This document shows positions 10,347-19,823 of a stretch of 64,000 bases of DNA, in pieces (the first letter of the stretch is position 1; each line of letters begins with the position of its first letter). The notes under the pieces were generated by a model, which saw nothing but the letters and a program-made list of their open reading frames with translations, was not told the DNA's origin and made no database searches. The position numbers were made by a program, and so were the translations under genes. Source of the DNA: an uncultured virus (IMG/VR IMGVR_UViG_3300020576_004096) (Duplodnaviria > Heunggongvirae > Uroviricota > Caudoviricetes); the IMG/VR virus record IMGVR_UViG_3300020576_004096, one strand, 5' to 3'.

Positions 10347-11417
10347 TTGAGGAACTGTATGGCTCGGTCGAGTGAAGGCTTGCCTCCTGATCAGGTGGAG
10401 CATTACAGCAATGAACAGCGTATCAATCTTTTGCTTCATCAGGGTACTGACAATGATGCAATCTTGTACAACTTGTGTCGTTTGAAGCATAACCTGCCTG
10501 CGATTGTTCGTGATGATGATCGTTTGAAGGTTGCGAACAAGTTTGGGGTTGTGTCGCCGAAGCATGACCCTATGTTTCGTCAGCGGCTGATGGAGCAGAT
10601 CCGCAAATGCAAGCATCGTTATCTTCTTGAATGTCAAGACATCAACGACCACCATCATCACAAGGAGGGTGACGGCAAAGCTCGCCATGTGAGCAAGATT
10701 GTTCCAACTCATAGTCCTCGCTTCAGTCTTGGGCTGAAGGGCGTTGACGATGTTCTTGGTTATGACCCTGTAAGTGGAACAAGCGGCATGCCTCGGGGAG
10801 CGACCTTGGTATTTGGAGCGCCGAAGGGGATGGGGAAGACTCGTCTTTCTGTTCAGATTGCTGCTGCTGTTGGTCACCCTGACTATCCGGCTGATGAGGA
10901 GAAGGAGCTTGATGGGGTTCTCTTCATTCAGAACGAGGAGAAGGTGGAGGTCTTTCTTGGGCGCAACGGAAAGTTGTGGACCAAGAATCACAAGATTTTG
11001 ATTTCAGACTCTGACGACCTGAATCAGCATGAGCAATTGGTTCATGATCATCGGCCTCGGTTGGTGATTATTGATTCGGTTCAGGATACTCGTCAGGCTC
11101 GTTTTTCTTCTGGCATTCCGATGATTTTGAGCAGGTACAAAGCTTGGGCATCGTCATTGGGTACGGCTTTCTGGTTGATTTCGCATGTCAATCAGAAGGG
11201 TACATTGAAGGGTGGCTCATACATTGGTCACAAGGTTGACATTGAGATGATTGCTCGTCGCAACAAGTTTGATCCTGCTGAGTTCATTATTGCTTGTGAT
11301 GAGAAGAACAGGTATGGGGCTACGGGTAAGCGGGCGGTCTTTCGTCATATTTCTGATGGGATTATTTCCGTCCCGCATGTTGGAGATTTGACTCGATTTG
11401 GCTACAAGGAGGAGTAG
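10347..11417 (+). CDS. RadA/Sms-like RecA-family ATPase lacking the Lon-like C-terminal domain
   Basis: Walker A GAPKGMGKT, Walker B VIIDSVQ, SHVNQKG, KNRYG (RadA KNRFG motif). Confidence 0.75.
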   Translation: MRNCMARSSEGLPPDQVEHYSNEQRINLLLHQGTDNDAILYNLCRLKHNLPAIVRDDDRLKVANKFGVVSPKHDPMFRQRLMEQIRKCKHRYLLECQDINDHHHHKEGDGKARHVSKIVPTHSPRFSLGLKGVDDVLGYDPVSGTSGMPRGATLVFGAPKGMGKTRLSVQIAAAVGHPDYPADEEKELDGVLFIQNEEKVEVFLGRNGKLWTKNHKILISDSDDLNQHEQLVHDHRPRLVIIDSVQDTRQARFSSGIPMILSRYKAWASSLGTAFWLISHVNQKGTLKGGSYIGHKVDIEMIARRNKFDPAEFIIACDEKNRYGATGKRAVFRHISDGIISVPHVGDLTRFGYKEE

Positions 11418-11773
11418 GAAGCCAGAACTAAACTTTTGGCGACCTTGAAAATGGGGTAAGAGAGGCTTTGCATGCCTAACTGTTTGCAAACCTTAGAGAG
11501 AAAGTTTGGAGGGAACTAAACTTTTGCGCGAAAATTGAGGTTTGCAAGGTTGACTCGTATAAAGGTACGAGTTAGAGTAAGGAACAGAACGCCGTCCAGG
11601 ACTAAACTTTCTTGGGAAAAACAGAAAGGGCGTAAGAAGAGGTTGGTTGAGGCAAAACAGACGCCTAGAACTAAACTTCTTTCGGATTCTTGAAGACAGA
11701 GACAACTGAGGGCGACGAAAAGTAGTAGTCGGTTCTTGGAAGTCAATGAAAGCCATAAGTAGGAGTAATACAA

Positions 11774-12286
11774 ATGGCGAAGGGCAACACTCAGAACGGC
11801 GGAACGGTTTCTCTGGCGGACGCGCAGGCGCAGGTCGAGGCGGCTCAGGCTGCCTTGGAGACGGCGCGGCAGTCTTCGCTCAACTCTCTTCAGGCTCGCC
11901 TGACGGAGATTGATGCGGAGCGGGCGACGGTGGCGGCTCAGATCAAGGAGTTGGGCGGCAAGGTTGGCAAGGCCACTCGCAAGTCCAGCGGGTCTCGCGC
12001 CTCCAACGACGTTTCGCTCATCACGGCGGTCGCGACGGCTCTCAGCACCTCGAAGAAGCCCCTTTCGACCACCGAGGTCTGCGAGGCGGTCAAGGCTGGC
12101 GGTTACAAGACCACCGCCGAGAACTACCCCACGATGGTCGCGCAGTCCCTCAGCAAGCTGGCGAACCTCCGCATGGGCAACTCGCCTGTCGTCGTCCGCC
12201 CCGAGCGCGGCCAGTACCGCGCCGGCAGCGGCATGACCCGCTACCTCGCCAACCCCGACAACGCGACGGTCATCGACGGCGAGTAA
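11774..12286 (+). CDS. coiled-coil plus winged-helix DNA-binding (nucleoid-associated-like) protein
   Basis: AGGAG SD; C-terminal EAVKAGGYKTT...VAQSL...RPERGQY; followed by terminator. Confidence 0.6.
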   Translation: MAKGNTQNGGTVSLADAQAQVEAAQAALETARQSSLNSLQARLTEIDAERATVAAQIKELGGKVGKATRKSSGSRASNDVSLITAVATALSTSKKPLSTTEVCEAVKAGGYKTTAENYPTMVAQSLSKLANLRMGNSPVVVRPERGQYRAGSGMTRYLANPDNATVIDGE

Positions 12287-12310
12287 TCCAACAACGTCCG
12301 TCGTCCCTTC

Positions 12311-12341
12311 AAGCCCCTGCTCTACGGAGTGGGGGCTTTTT
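12311..12341 (+). terminator. intrinsic terminator
   Basis: AAGCCCCTGCTC...GAGTGGGGGCTT + T run. Confidence 0.75.
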
Positions 12342-12422
12342 CTTTTTCCCTTGGTAATCGAGAACTAAACTTTCCGAATAGGGTTGAAAGGCGTAAGCTT
12401 CACCAACGGAGATACCGAGCCA

Positions 12423-14063
12423 ATGCCTAACGTTACGGTTCCCAAGTCGTTCTTCGTCAAAGAGCGCCGCATGTATTCGAACTGGCAGTTCGCTTTTTGG
12501 CGCGAACTTTTTCAGAACTCGACGGACGCCAAGGCTTCTCGCATTGACGTTGAAATTGTTAAGAAGGACAACGGAATCATTGGAGTTTCCTTCGACGACA
12601 ACGGCACCGGCATGAGCCGAGAGGTCTTGGAAAACGTCTATTTCAGCCTTGGTTCAACGACCAAGACGGGCGGCTCAACGGTTGGCGGCTTTGGCCGAGC
12701 CAGGCTGTTGACTTGCTTCTCCATGAAGAACTACACGATTCATACCCAGGACAACTTGGTTCAGGGCGAGGGCGGTTCTTACGACATCGCAACGGTTGAT
12801 TTGCGTCATGGCTGCTTGCTTCGAGTTGAAATCGAGGACGAAAGCTATGACCGCTTGTACGGCGAGCTTGATAACTACCTCCGTAGCAGCCAGATGTACT
12901 GCGACGTTTATGTTAATGGCGTTCGCTTCGGTCATTGGTGTCACCGCCGTCAGCTTACTCGTCAACTTCTTGTTCATAACGCTCCTTTTGCGAACGTTTA
13001 TGTTAACAAGTCGGCTGCAAATCATCGGCTGCTTGTACGAGTCTCTGGCGCGATCATGTACAGTCAGTCGATTGGGGCCAAGGCTCAAGTCATCGTTGAG
13101 GTTGAGCCGAGCTTGAGCCGAGAGGTTTTGACGGCAAATCGAGACGGCATGCACTCGATGTACTCTTCTGTTCTTGAGGCATTTGTGCAGGAGCTTGCCG
13201 TTGATACGGTTTCGGCTCTGAAGCCTCGGTTCAAGAAGAAGGACGCCACGATCAAGGGTCGCGGGCTTATCTTCTCGGTCTCGCCGAAGGCTGGAACTAA
13301 ACTTCCGAAGAGGGAGATTGAGCCTGGCGCTGAAGTCAAGGTTCTGGCGGCGGCTCGCGCTTCGGGTTCGGTTTATACAAGGCCTGTTGAGGGCGAGGAG
13401 CCTGTTCGTCGGTCTGCGATTTTGGATACGACAACGGTTCGCGCTGCGGAAATCATTGGCGGGGTTTTGGGCGGCGGCGAGATGCTTGACCGTCTTATGA
13501 ATACTCCCGCTGTTGAAACGATTCCGAGCCGAGTCGGTAAGAAGTATCACAGCGGTTTGCCTGACATCTTCATGGACGACGATACGGAGAACGAGAAGAT
13601 TCGGAAGGTCATTGATCTTTACAATCCTGAGAACTGGATTGTTGCTGCTCAGGGCGACACAACTTATAACAAGGGCTTTACCATGTACAAGCTCTTGATG
13701 TTGTGGAAGGTTGCCTGTCAGTATGCGATTGACGCCATGATGAAGAAGCATGAGTCGATTGCGCAGGTTGTTTGGGGGATTGGTTGGACGTTCTCGGATA
13801 CTGCTACTGCGAAGCACATGGCTGTTGACGGCGGTTCAGCGTTGCTGTTGAACCCTGTTGATAAGGACGGCAAGCTTCGGTACGGTCTGCGGGACCAAAA
13901 GGACCAGAAGAAGCTCATGGCCTTGGCAAAGCATGAGGTTGCGCATACGATTCATGGTTGGCACAATGAGGAGTTTGCCTCTCTGCTTACTGACATTGAC
14001 GAGTATTTTGACGAACGGGAGGTCTATCGGGCGATGCGGGAAATGTTGGACAGCCTCAACTAG
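12423..14063 (+). CDS. GHKL (HATPase_c) ATPase fused to a C-terminal HEXXH zincin-like domain
   Basis: RELFQNSTDA, DDNGTGM, GGFGRA; C-terminal KHEVAH...HNEEF. Confidence 0.75.
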   Translation: MPNVTVPKSFFVKERRMYSNWQFAFWRELFQNSTDAKASRIDVEIVKKDNGIIGVSFDDNGTGMSREVLENVYFSLGSTTKTGGSTVGGFGRARLLTCFSMKNYTIHTQDNLVQGEGGSYDIATVDLRHGCLLRVEIEDESYDRLYGELDNYLRSSQMYCDVYVNGVRFGHWCHRRQLTRQLLVHNAPFANVYVNKSAANHRLLVRVSGAIMYSQSIGAKAQVIVEVEPSLSREVLTANRDGMHSMYSSVLEAFVQELAVDTVSALKPRFKKKDATIKGRGLIFSVSPKAGTKLPKREIEPGAEVKVLAAARASGSVYTRPVEGEEPVRRSAILDTTTVRAAEIIGGVLGGGEMLDRLMNTPAVETIPSRVGKKYHSGLPDIFMDDDTENEKIRKVIDLYNPENWIVAAQGDTTYNKGFTMYKLLMLWKVACQYAIDAMMKKHESIAQVVWGIGWTFSDTATAKHMAVDGGSALLLNPVDKDGKLRYGLRDQKDQKKLMALAKHEVAHTIHGWHNEEFASLLTDIDEYFDEREVYRAMREMLDSLN

Positions 14064-14252
14064 AAGTGACAAGTTTTCCACAACTAATCCCGACTGCAAA
14101 AATCTTCAGAACCTTAGCCCTATCTTGCTTTTACAGACGTTTTCATGTACGATATCTTCGTTGCCTCGGCGTTGGCGGCGAAAGAGAACCTTGATTTCCT
14201 GACAATGGGCTAGACGGACTTAGCTCATTCGCTGATCAGAAAAGGATTGCTT

Positions 14253-14813
14253 ATGCCTTTAATCAGCCCAAAAGACGAGAGCCTTCTGGAACCTCTTGCA
14301 GAAGAGTTGACCAGGAGGCTATCGTCGAATACCGACTTAACGGTTGACCGCTTCAAACTGCGGGAGTTTATCTTTTCCCGCGCAAAGCGTGAAATCTTGG
14401 ACCAGCATCCTGATTGGGCCGAGAGCGGAAAGCTTCAACCTGGAGCGCTGATGCGTCAGTCGCAGGTCAATGCTGTCATTGATTTGCAAAACTTGACTCC
14501 TGAGATGTTTGAGGAGATTACCGAATTTTTCAATGAACCGACTGAGCCGGTCATTGAAGTTCCTTCTCCAATTGTTTTCCAGCCCAAGCTCAAGGAGAAG
14601 CAGGTTCTCCGAGAGGTTGACCAGAGGGTTGGTCCATTCGGAAAGACCCGCTTGCACCTGGCGGTTGACGCGCAAAACTTTGATGAAGTCAAGCGACTTG
14701 TTGAAGTTGAAGGCGCAAGCGTCCATGTAAAGGACAATGCAGGAAAGACTCCTTGGGACCGCGCTAACCTCGCAGATTTCACAGAAATCGCCACATATTT
14801 GGCGAACTTCTGA
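14253..14813 (+). CDS. ankyrin-repeat-containing protein
   Basis: GKTRLHLAV...VKRLV...GASVHVKDNAGKTPWD. Confidence 0.7.
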   Translation: MPLISPKDESLLEPLAEELTRRLSSNTDLTVDRFKLREFIFSRAKREILDQHPDWAESGKLQPGALMRQSQVNAVIDLQNLTPEMFEEITEFFNEPTEPVIEVPSPIVFQPKLKEKQVLREVDQRVGPFGKTRLHLAVDAQNFDEVKRLVEVEGASVHVKDNAGKTPWDRANLADFTEIATYLANF

Positions 14814-14960
14814 ATCCGAGACCGAACAGGGGTCGTATAACAGAGAAGACTTCCTACATTTGCCGTAGATTGAGTCCTTTTCACTTGCAAATCATTGCAA
14901 CCTCATGTACAAGGTTCATAGTATCTCTGAGAGAACGGGAACTCTCAAGAACGAAACGCC

Positions 14961-15527
14961 ATGATAACCATGAGTCCAGTCCGTCCAGGGGAATCGTTTA
15001 TGGAAACTGAGCGACCCAAGAATCATCAAACTGATTCTGGCGCTCTCCATTTTGAGCTTGTTTGCGATAAGAAAGATGTATACGAACATCTTATCGCCTT
15101 GCGACAGCAAGCCCAGGACAGAGCGACCAGGGTAAGTCCCATTCACCGCCTTTACGGAAAGGAGTGTTTGGTCGAAGGGGCCGACGACCCCCTTCTCGAT
15201 GCAAAGCTCTTAGCCCAAGGCATAATGCTTCACAATAACAAGATTGTGATTGTGAATCCGCAAAGCATTGCTGTCTTTGCAGTTGAGCTTAGCAACGGGG
15301 CCTTTGTCTACTTTGGCTTTACAACTTACCCGCCAACCATCAACCTTGACGGGAAGGAAATCCGGGTTCCTCGTAGCGGCAAAGCTGTTTGGTCAGGTCT
15401 TTTGTTCATGAATGAGGATTTAGGTCACGATTCGTACAAAGAGTTATACGACCTTGTTCAGTTTCTCGAAGACAGAGGCGTTCAGGTAGATATGAACGAG
15501 AAGCTCGCCTCTCTGGAATACGTCTAA
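14961..15527 (+). CDS. hypothetical protein
   Basis: ORF track. Confidence 0.6.
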   Translation: MITMSPVRPGESFMETERPKNHQTDSGALHFELVCDKKDVYEHLIALRQQAQDRATRVSPIHRLYGKECLVEGADDPLLDAKLLAQGIMLHNNKIVIVNPQSIAVFAVELSNGAFVYFGFTTYPPTINLDGKEIRVPRSGKAVWSGLLFMNEDLGHDSYKELYDLVQFLEDRGVQVDMNEKLASLEYV

Positions 15528-15588
15528 GTCTTCGAGAAGCCACAGTTTGGCTTGCCAAGACTAAACTTTCTGCTACGATATGTAGCAT

Positions 15589-16044
15589 ATGAAAGTCGAT
15601 TTGCCGAAGCAAGCTGAGAGCGAGAAGGTGCTTTGTCACCTCTCGGACGACTGGAAAAGTCGCAAGGCAGAGAGTCCCCGCAGTAAGGGTGAGACTCTAA
15701 GCTACCGTCATGGGGTTGCCGCAACGCCGAACTCATGGACGTTGACGGAATACCGGGGCGACCTTGCGTTCAACCAAGTTTACGCAACATCATTTGCGGA
15801 CCTGGCTCCGTCGTTCAGAACGATTGCTGCTGTTGATCCTATCGAGGGCATGAAGCGAGTTATTGCTTCCCTTGAAAAGATTACCGGCAAGAAGATTGCG
15901 CTTTCCAATAGCGGCGCAGGAGAAATTGAAAAGGCTATTGAAATGGGGCGACAAGTTGACGCTTTCTTCGAGGTTGACTACGCTATCCATGACAAGGTTC
16001 GAGAGCGCATCTTTGGCGACGGCGGAACAGAAGACGAATCATGA
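15589..16044 (+). CDS. hypothetical protein
   Basis: ACTAAACTT 20 nt before ATG. Confidence 0.7.
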   Translation: MKVDLPKQAESEKVLCHLSDDWKSRKAESPRSKGETLSYRHGVAATPNSWTLTEYRGDLAFNQVYATSFADLAPSFRTIAAVDPIEGMKRVIASLEKITGKKIALSNSGAGEIEKAIEMGRQVDAFFEVDYAIHDKVRERIFGDGGTEDES

Positions 16045-16490
16045 AGATTAGCCAGTACATCAAGACCATCGAGGTTGCTGACCCTGACAATCCTGGTCAG
16101 GTTATTCATCTCGATATCCATAAGGTGGACGGCGGTTTCATTGGCGTTGACGCTTCTTTCACGGAAGAGGTCGCTAACTATATCGCAAACCCTTATCAGG
16201 ATTGCGAGCTTGTGAAGTTGACCGATTCTTTGGGTAACGACGAAGAGATTGACCCTCCGCTGGAAGAAGACGAGCTTGTTGGTTTCTTGCGCATTTTGGT
16301 GGCGATTGACCGAACCTCTCAGCTTTTGGACGAAAAGCAGCGAGAGCTTCTTCTGAGCGGCATTGCAAAGAGAGCCGGACTAACGCTTGATCGATTGAGC
16401 GTTCTGTTTGGTCTTGCAAAGCAGTGTTTGGACGGAGCGGCGTTGTATCAGTTCCAGAAAGTTTTGAGAGATGAATCCAAGCCTGAATGA
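16041..16490 (+). CDS. hypothetical protein
   Basis: ATGA coupling. Confidence 0.65.
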   Translation: MKISQYIKTIEVADPDNPGQVIHLDIHKVDGGFIGVDASFTEEVANYIANPYQDCELVKLTDSLGNDEEIDPPLEEDELVGFLRILVAIDRTSQLLDEKQRELLLSGIAKRAGLTLDRLSVLFGLAKQCLDGAALYQFQKVLRDESKPE

Positions 16491-17139
16491 TATTGTGATT
16501 ATTGGCGACGTTCATGGGAAGTGGCCCATGCTTAAGAACGTCTGCGATAAGTACGCGAAGAAGACGGTTCTTGGTCTTGGCGACGTTGGTATTGGCTTTG
16601 TTGGAAGCCGAGAGCCGAAGCTGCCTGAGAACTTTCGTTTCTTCCGCGGAAATCATGACAATCCAGCAGTTTGCAGAGCGCATCCGCAGTATGCTGTCGA
16701 GTACGGCATGTGGAACGGTCTGTACATTGTTGCTGGCGCTGACTCTGTTGATAAGAAGTGGAGAAAAGAGGGCATTGATTGGTGGCCTGACGAGCAGCTT
16801 GGTCGAGAGGTCATGGAGCTTGCGCTTGAGGATTATATCAAGACCAAGCCTGATATCCTGATTTGCCATGAGGCTCCTTTCAGGATTCATCAGATTGCCA
16901 AGGCTGCTTCTTGCACTTATGACCGCAACAACGAGGGTTGGGGCGAGCCAAAGGGAAATTCCACAGCTTTCTTGCTTGATTCGATGATTCAGGCTCATAT
17001 GCCTAAGATGCTCGTACATGGGCATTGGCATAATCCTCTCATCTATAAGCAGTGGGGCTGCGTCTTTATCTCCTTGGGAGAGCTTGAGGCGCTGGATTTG
17101 GAAGCGGCGCTGGCGTACTACAAAATCAAGCTGAGCTAG
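16471..17139 (+). CDS. calcineurin-like metallophosphoesterase
   Basis: GDVHG, GDVG, RGNHD, HEAP, HGHWH motifs. Confidence 0.85.
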   Translation: MNPSLNDIVIIGDVHGKWPMLKNVCDKYAKKTVLGLGDVGIGFVGSREPKLPENFRFFRGNHDNPAVCRAHPQYAVEYGMWNGLYIVAGADSVDKKWRKEGIDWWPDEQLGREVMELALEDYIKTKPDILICHEAPFRIHQIAKAASCTYDRNNEGWGEPKGNSTAFLLDSMIQAHMPKMLVHGHWHNPLIYKQWGCVFISLGELEALDLEAALAYYKIKLS

Positions 17140-17176
17140 AGTTCACAAAATTCTTTGGTGGAAATTGAAGGAGTTT

Positions 17177-17205
17177 TTGACTTCTAGCCGAAAAGAGAGT
17201 ATCAT
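17177..17205 (+). promoter_or_regulatory. sigma70-type promoter for Leu leader/tRNA-Leu cluster
   Basis: TTGACT-17 nt-TATCAT. Confidence 0.65.
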
Positions 17206-17263
17206 GATTACCATGAAGACCAACTTCGTCAGCTTGTTATGCGGCCTCCTACTCCTTACCTAA
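17204..17263 (+). CDS. Leu-rich attenuator leader peptide MITMKTNFVSLLCGLLLLT (alternative start 17213)
   Basis: six Leu codons TTG TTA CTC CTA CTC CTT just before the stop and the antiterminator. Confidence 0.8.
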   Translation: MITMKTNFVSLLCGLLLLT

Positions 17264-17325
17264 AGGGATGGAAGTCGTTGCGCAATCGCACATCGAACCC
17301 CATCCCTAAAAAGATGGGGTTTTTT
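17264..17325 (+). terminator. attenuator: antiterminator AGGGATGG and terminator AACCCCATC/GATGGGGTT-TTTT
   Basis: 17264-17271 complementary to 17300-17307, overlapping the terminator 5' arm. Confidence 0.8.
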
Positions 17326-17335
17326 CGTTAATATC

Positions 17336-17409
17336 GCTCATGTATCCCAACTGGCAGAGGAGCAATCCTGAGAAGGTTGTTGTTGGAGGTTCGAATCCTC
17401 TCATGAGCA
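17336..17409 (+). tRNA. tRNA-Leu(GAG), short variable loop
   Basis: cloverleaf; loop CTGAGAA. Confidence 0.85.
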
Positions 17410-17413
17410 TTTA

Positions 17414-17497
17414 GGCCTTGTGGCGGAATTGGCAGACGCGCTACCTTGAGGTGGTAGTTTCCGTAAGGAAGTGCAGGTTCGAGTCCTGTCAAGGCCA
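17414..17497 (+). tRNA. tRNA-Leu(GAG)
   Basis: cloverleaf with long variable arm; loop TTGAGGT. Confidence 0.92.
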
Positions 17498-17515
17498 TTT
17501 GATAACTGAATATGC

Positions 17516-17597
17516 GGCCCTGTGGCGAAATTGGCAGATGCGTCAGACTTAGGATCTGGTGCCGAAAGGCGTGGAGGTTCGAATCCTCTCAGGGTCA
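17516..17597 (+). tRNA. tRNA-Leu(TAG)
   Basis: loop CTTAGGA; long variable arm. Confidence 0.92.
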
Positions 17598-17610
17598 TTT
17601 TAGATTACAG

Positions 17611-17694
17611 GCCCCTGTGGCGGAACTGGCAGACGCGCTTGACTCAAAATCAAGTTCTCGCAAGGGAGTGGAGGTTCAAGTCCTCTCAGGGGCA
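17611..17694 (+). tRNA. tRNA-Leu(CAA)
   Basis: loop CTCAAAA; long variable arm. Confidence 0.92.
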
Positions 17695-17699
17695 TTCTC

Positions 17700-17776
17700 G
17701 TCCAAGTAGCACAATTTTGGCAGATGCAGCTACCTCAAACGTAGTACGGTGATGGGTTCGAATCCCTCCTTGGACA
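17700..17776 (+). tRNA. tRNA-Leu(CAA), short variable loop
   Basis: loop CTCAAAC. Confidence 0.8.
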
Positions 17777-17800
17777 TTCTCGCTCCTAACGGAGAAGCTC

Positions 17801-17876
17801 GCTCTTGTAGCCCAACCTTGGCAGAGGCGCTAGACTCAGAATCTAGATGTTGCTGGTTCGAATCCAGTCAAGAGCA
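17801..17876 (+). tRNA. tRNA-Leu(CAG), short variable loop
   Basis: loop CTCAGAA. Confidence 0.88.
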
Positions 17877-17892
17877 TTCAGAACTAAACTTC

Positions 17893-17966
17893 GGCTCCAT
17901 AGCACAATCGGCAGATGCAGTTGATTTAAGGTCAAAGGGTTGAGAGTTCGAATCTCTCTGGAGCTA
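17893..17966 (+). tRNA. tRNA-Leu(TAA), short variable loop
   Basis: loop TTTAAGG. Confidence 0.8.
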
Positions 17967-17968
17967 TT

Positions 17969-18388
17969 ATGACAGCGCTTGCTTCTTCTCGTTCTCATAC
18001 TCTTAAGCTAGCAACCGCTGTTCAAAGCGAAGCGGACCTCCGTAAGGAAAAAACTCTTTCTGGATTTCAACTGATAAAGTCCGCGAGGAGGCCCGATTTG
18101 GACCTTATTGCGGACGCTTTTTCTTTTGCGCAAGACAGTCCTCTTCAATACAAGGTCATTGACCTGATTGCGATTTATCGAAGCGTTCTGGAAATGAGAG
18201 ACGATATTCACTCTTCCAGAGTCTCTACCTGCGATAAGTTCCTGGACGAGGTAGAGAAGTGTCTCAATCACTTCTTGGACCATAAGACTTTGCCTGAGCG
18301 CAAAATGACTGTTTCTCAAATCATTGGCCCCGTGGCGAAACTGGCAGACGCAACGGACTTAAAATCCGTAGCCCGTAAAAAGGCGTAG
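17969..18388 (+). CDS. hypothetical protein between tRNA genes; 3' end reads into tRNA-Leu(TAA)
   Basis: ORF track. Confidence 0.45.
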   Translation: MTALASSRSHTLKLATAVQSEADLRKEKTLSGFQLIKSARRPDLDLIADAFSFAQDSPLQYKVIDLIAIYRSVLEMRDDIHSSRVSTCDKFLDEVEKCLNHFLDHKTLPERKMTVSQIIGPVAKLADATDLKSVARKKA

Positions 18389-18411
18389 GGGTTCAAATCC
18401 CCTCGGGGCCA
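18326..18411 (+). tRNA. tRNA-Leu(TAA)
   Basis: loop CTTAAAA; long variable arm. Confidence 0.92.
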
Positions 18412-18462
18412 TTTCACTTGCAACAAGTCCAAGACTAAACTTTCGGCATAGAGTTCTAGACT

Positions 18463-19677
18463 ATGGAAAGCCGCCAAGGTATTTCACAAGCCCAAGCCCT
18501 CAAGCTCATTGAGCTTGCCCAAAAGAGCGGAAGGCCTTGCAACGTCAAGCTCATCAACAAAGAGATAAGGGGAAAGCCCAATAGGGCCATCCTCAAGAGG
18601 GTCTTGAACAGTCACAAAGTCATTGTTCGGCCTTTCAAGCATGGACATGACGAAGAAGAGTTGCTCTCCAATGTCTTCTTTTGGAAGAGCGGTTGCGATT
18701 TTGACATTTCGGAGGCCGAGAACATGCCGACTTCTACCGATTTTCGGAAGCCGCTGGGGGAACGACTTTCCATCCCAACGAGCGTTGTACCCAATGGCGC
18801 GCCTGCTGGTGAGTTTGTTATCTTCAGCGCGAAGATGAAATCAGTCTGGGGCGGACATGAAAGGCGTTGGACGCAGAACTTCAACCTCGCTAACAAGTGG
18901 AGGGACCACGGCGACGGCATGAGGGCCATTGGGAAAATCAACAAGGTTCCCATGCAAGACGACGCTGTTCTCTTGCCAATCAACGAAGCCCATGACGCTC
19001 TCCTTGAGGTTTTGACGGCTCCTCAGTCAGCCGCTCAGTCGTCTCCTTCTCCAACCCTTCCGTTCAAACCGCAGACACCTCCAATGACACCTCCAACCGT
19101 CGTTCAGCCTCCTCGCCCCACTGCGCCGGCCCTTTCTGCTTCTCTTCTTTCGGTCGCGAGACCGCAGCCCGTCATGCCCGTCAATCTTGGCGAAGACGAC
19201 GATTTTATCGACGTTGACGCCTTCTTGGGCAAGGACGACGCTTCTTTGAAGCTCGCCGAGGAAGAGCGGAAGAAGGCCATCTACGAGTACGGCCTCGCAA
19301 AGAAGGCTGTCGAGGAAGCTCAGAAGACCGTTTACGCAGCCAAGCAGAAGATTGCGGAGCTTGACGAGCGGGTGCAAACCCTGGGCGGCTCTTCGGTTCT
19401 GAAGGGCAACAAGGAGAAGAAGCCAAGGGGGAAGCGCCTTCGTCTGTTCCCCAACATCAAGGAGATTCTCACGACGCATTCTCGTCTTGACCTCTCTGGT
19501 GTTTATGACAGGCTTCTCCCCTCATTCCCTAAGCTTGACCGTAATAAGCTCAGTAAGAACCTGACGAACTACAAGATTCGAGGTCTTGTTGAACGAGACG
19601 ACAACGGAGGTTGGGCGCTGACTGCTCTTGGTCGCAGCAATGCTGATGACAACGACGAAGGCGACGACGAGAACTAA
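18463..19677 (+). CDS. multi-domain protein: Pro-rich linker, coiled coil, C-terminal winged-helix-like region
   Basis: ACTAAACTT 20 nt before ATG; GLVER...GGWALTALG ending. Confidence 0.7.
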   Translation: MESRQGISQAQALKLIELAQKSGRPCNVKLINKEIRGKPNRAILKRVLNSHKVIVRPFKHGHDEEELLSNVFFWKSGCDFDISEAENMPTSTDFRKPLGERLSIPTSVVPNGAPAGEFVIFSAKMKSVWGGHERRWTQNFNLANKWRDHGDGMRAIGKINKVPMQDDAVLLPINEAHDALLEVLTAPQSAAQSSPSPTLPFKPQTPPMTPPTVVQPPRPTAPALSASLLSVARPQPVMPVNLGEDDDFIDVDAFLGKDDASLKLAEEERKKAIYEYGLAKKAVEEAQKTVYAAKQKIAELDERVQTLGGSSVLKGNKEKKPRGKRLRLFPNIKEILTTHSRLDLSGVYDRLLPSFPKLDRNKLSKNLTNYKIRGLVERDDNGGWALTALGRSNADDNDEGDDEN

Positions 19678-19725
19678 ACTTTCCAAAGAGGGTGGCTCTC
19701 TGTTGAATCAGCCGATAATGGAAGT

Positions 19726-19818
19726 GCGGCAGGCTCCCATGTACGTTTGGTAGGCGTTAGTCGATTTGAAAACGACTAAAACAAAAGGGGCAAGCGGGTT
19801 TCAAGCCCGCCTGCCGCA
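19726..19818 (+). ncRNA. tRNA-like RNA (acceptor stem and T-arm, non-canonical middle)
   Basis: GCGGCAG/CTGCCGC-A; GCGGG-TTTCAAG-CCCGC. Confidence 0.5.
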
Positions 19819-19823
19819 TTCAA

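Noticed and set aside
17401..17943. Short ORFs over the tRNA-Leu cluster (also 31048-31521, 25496-25789)
   Set aside because: They overlap well-formed tRNA or tRNA-like genes; spurious.
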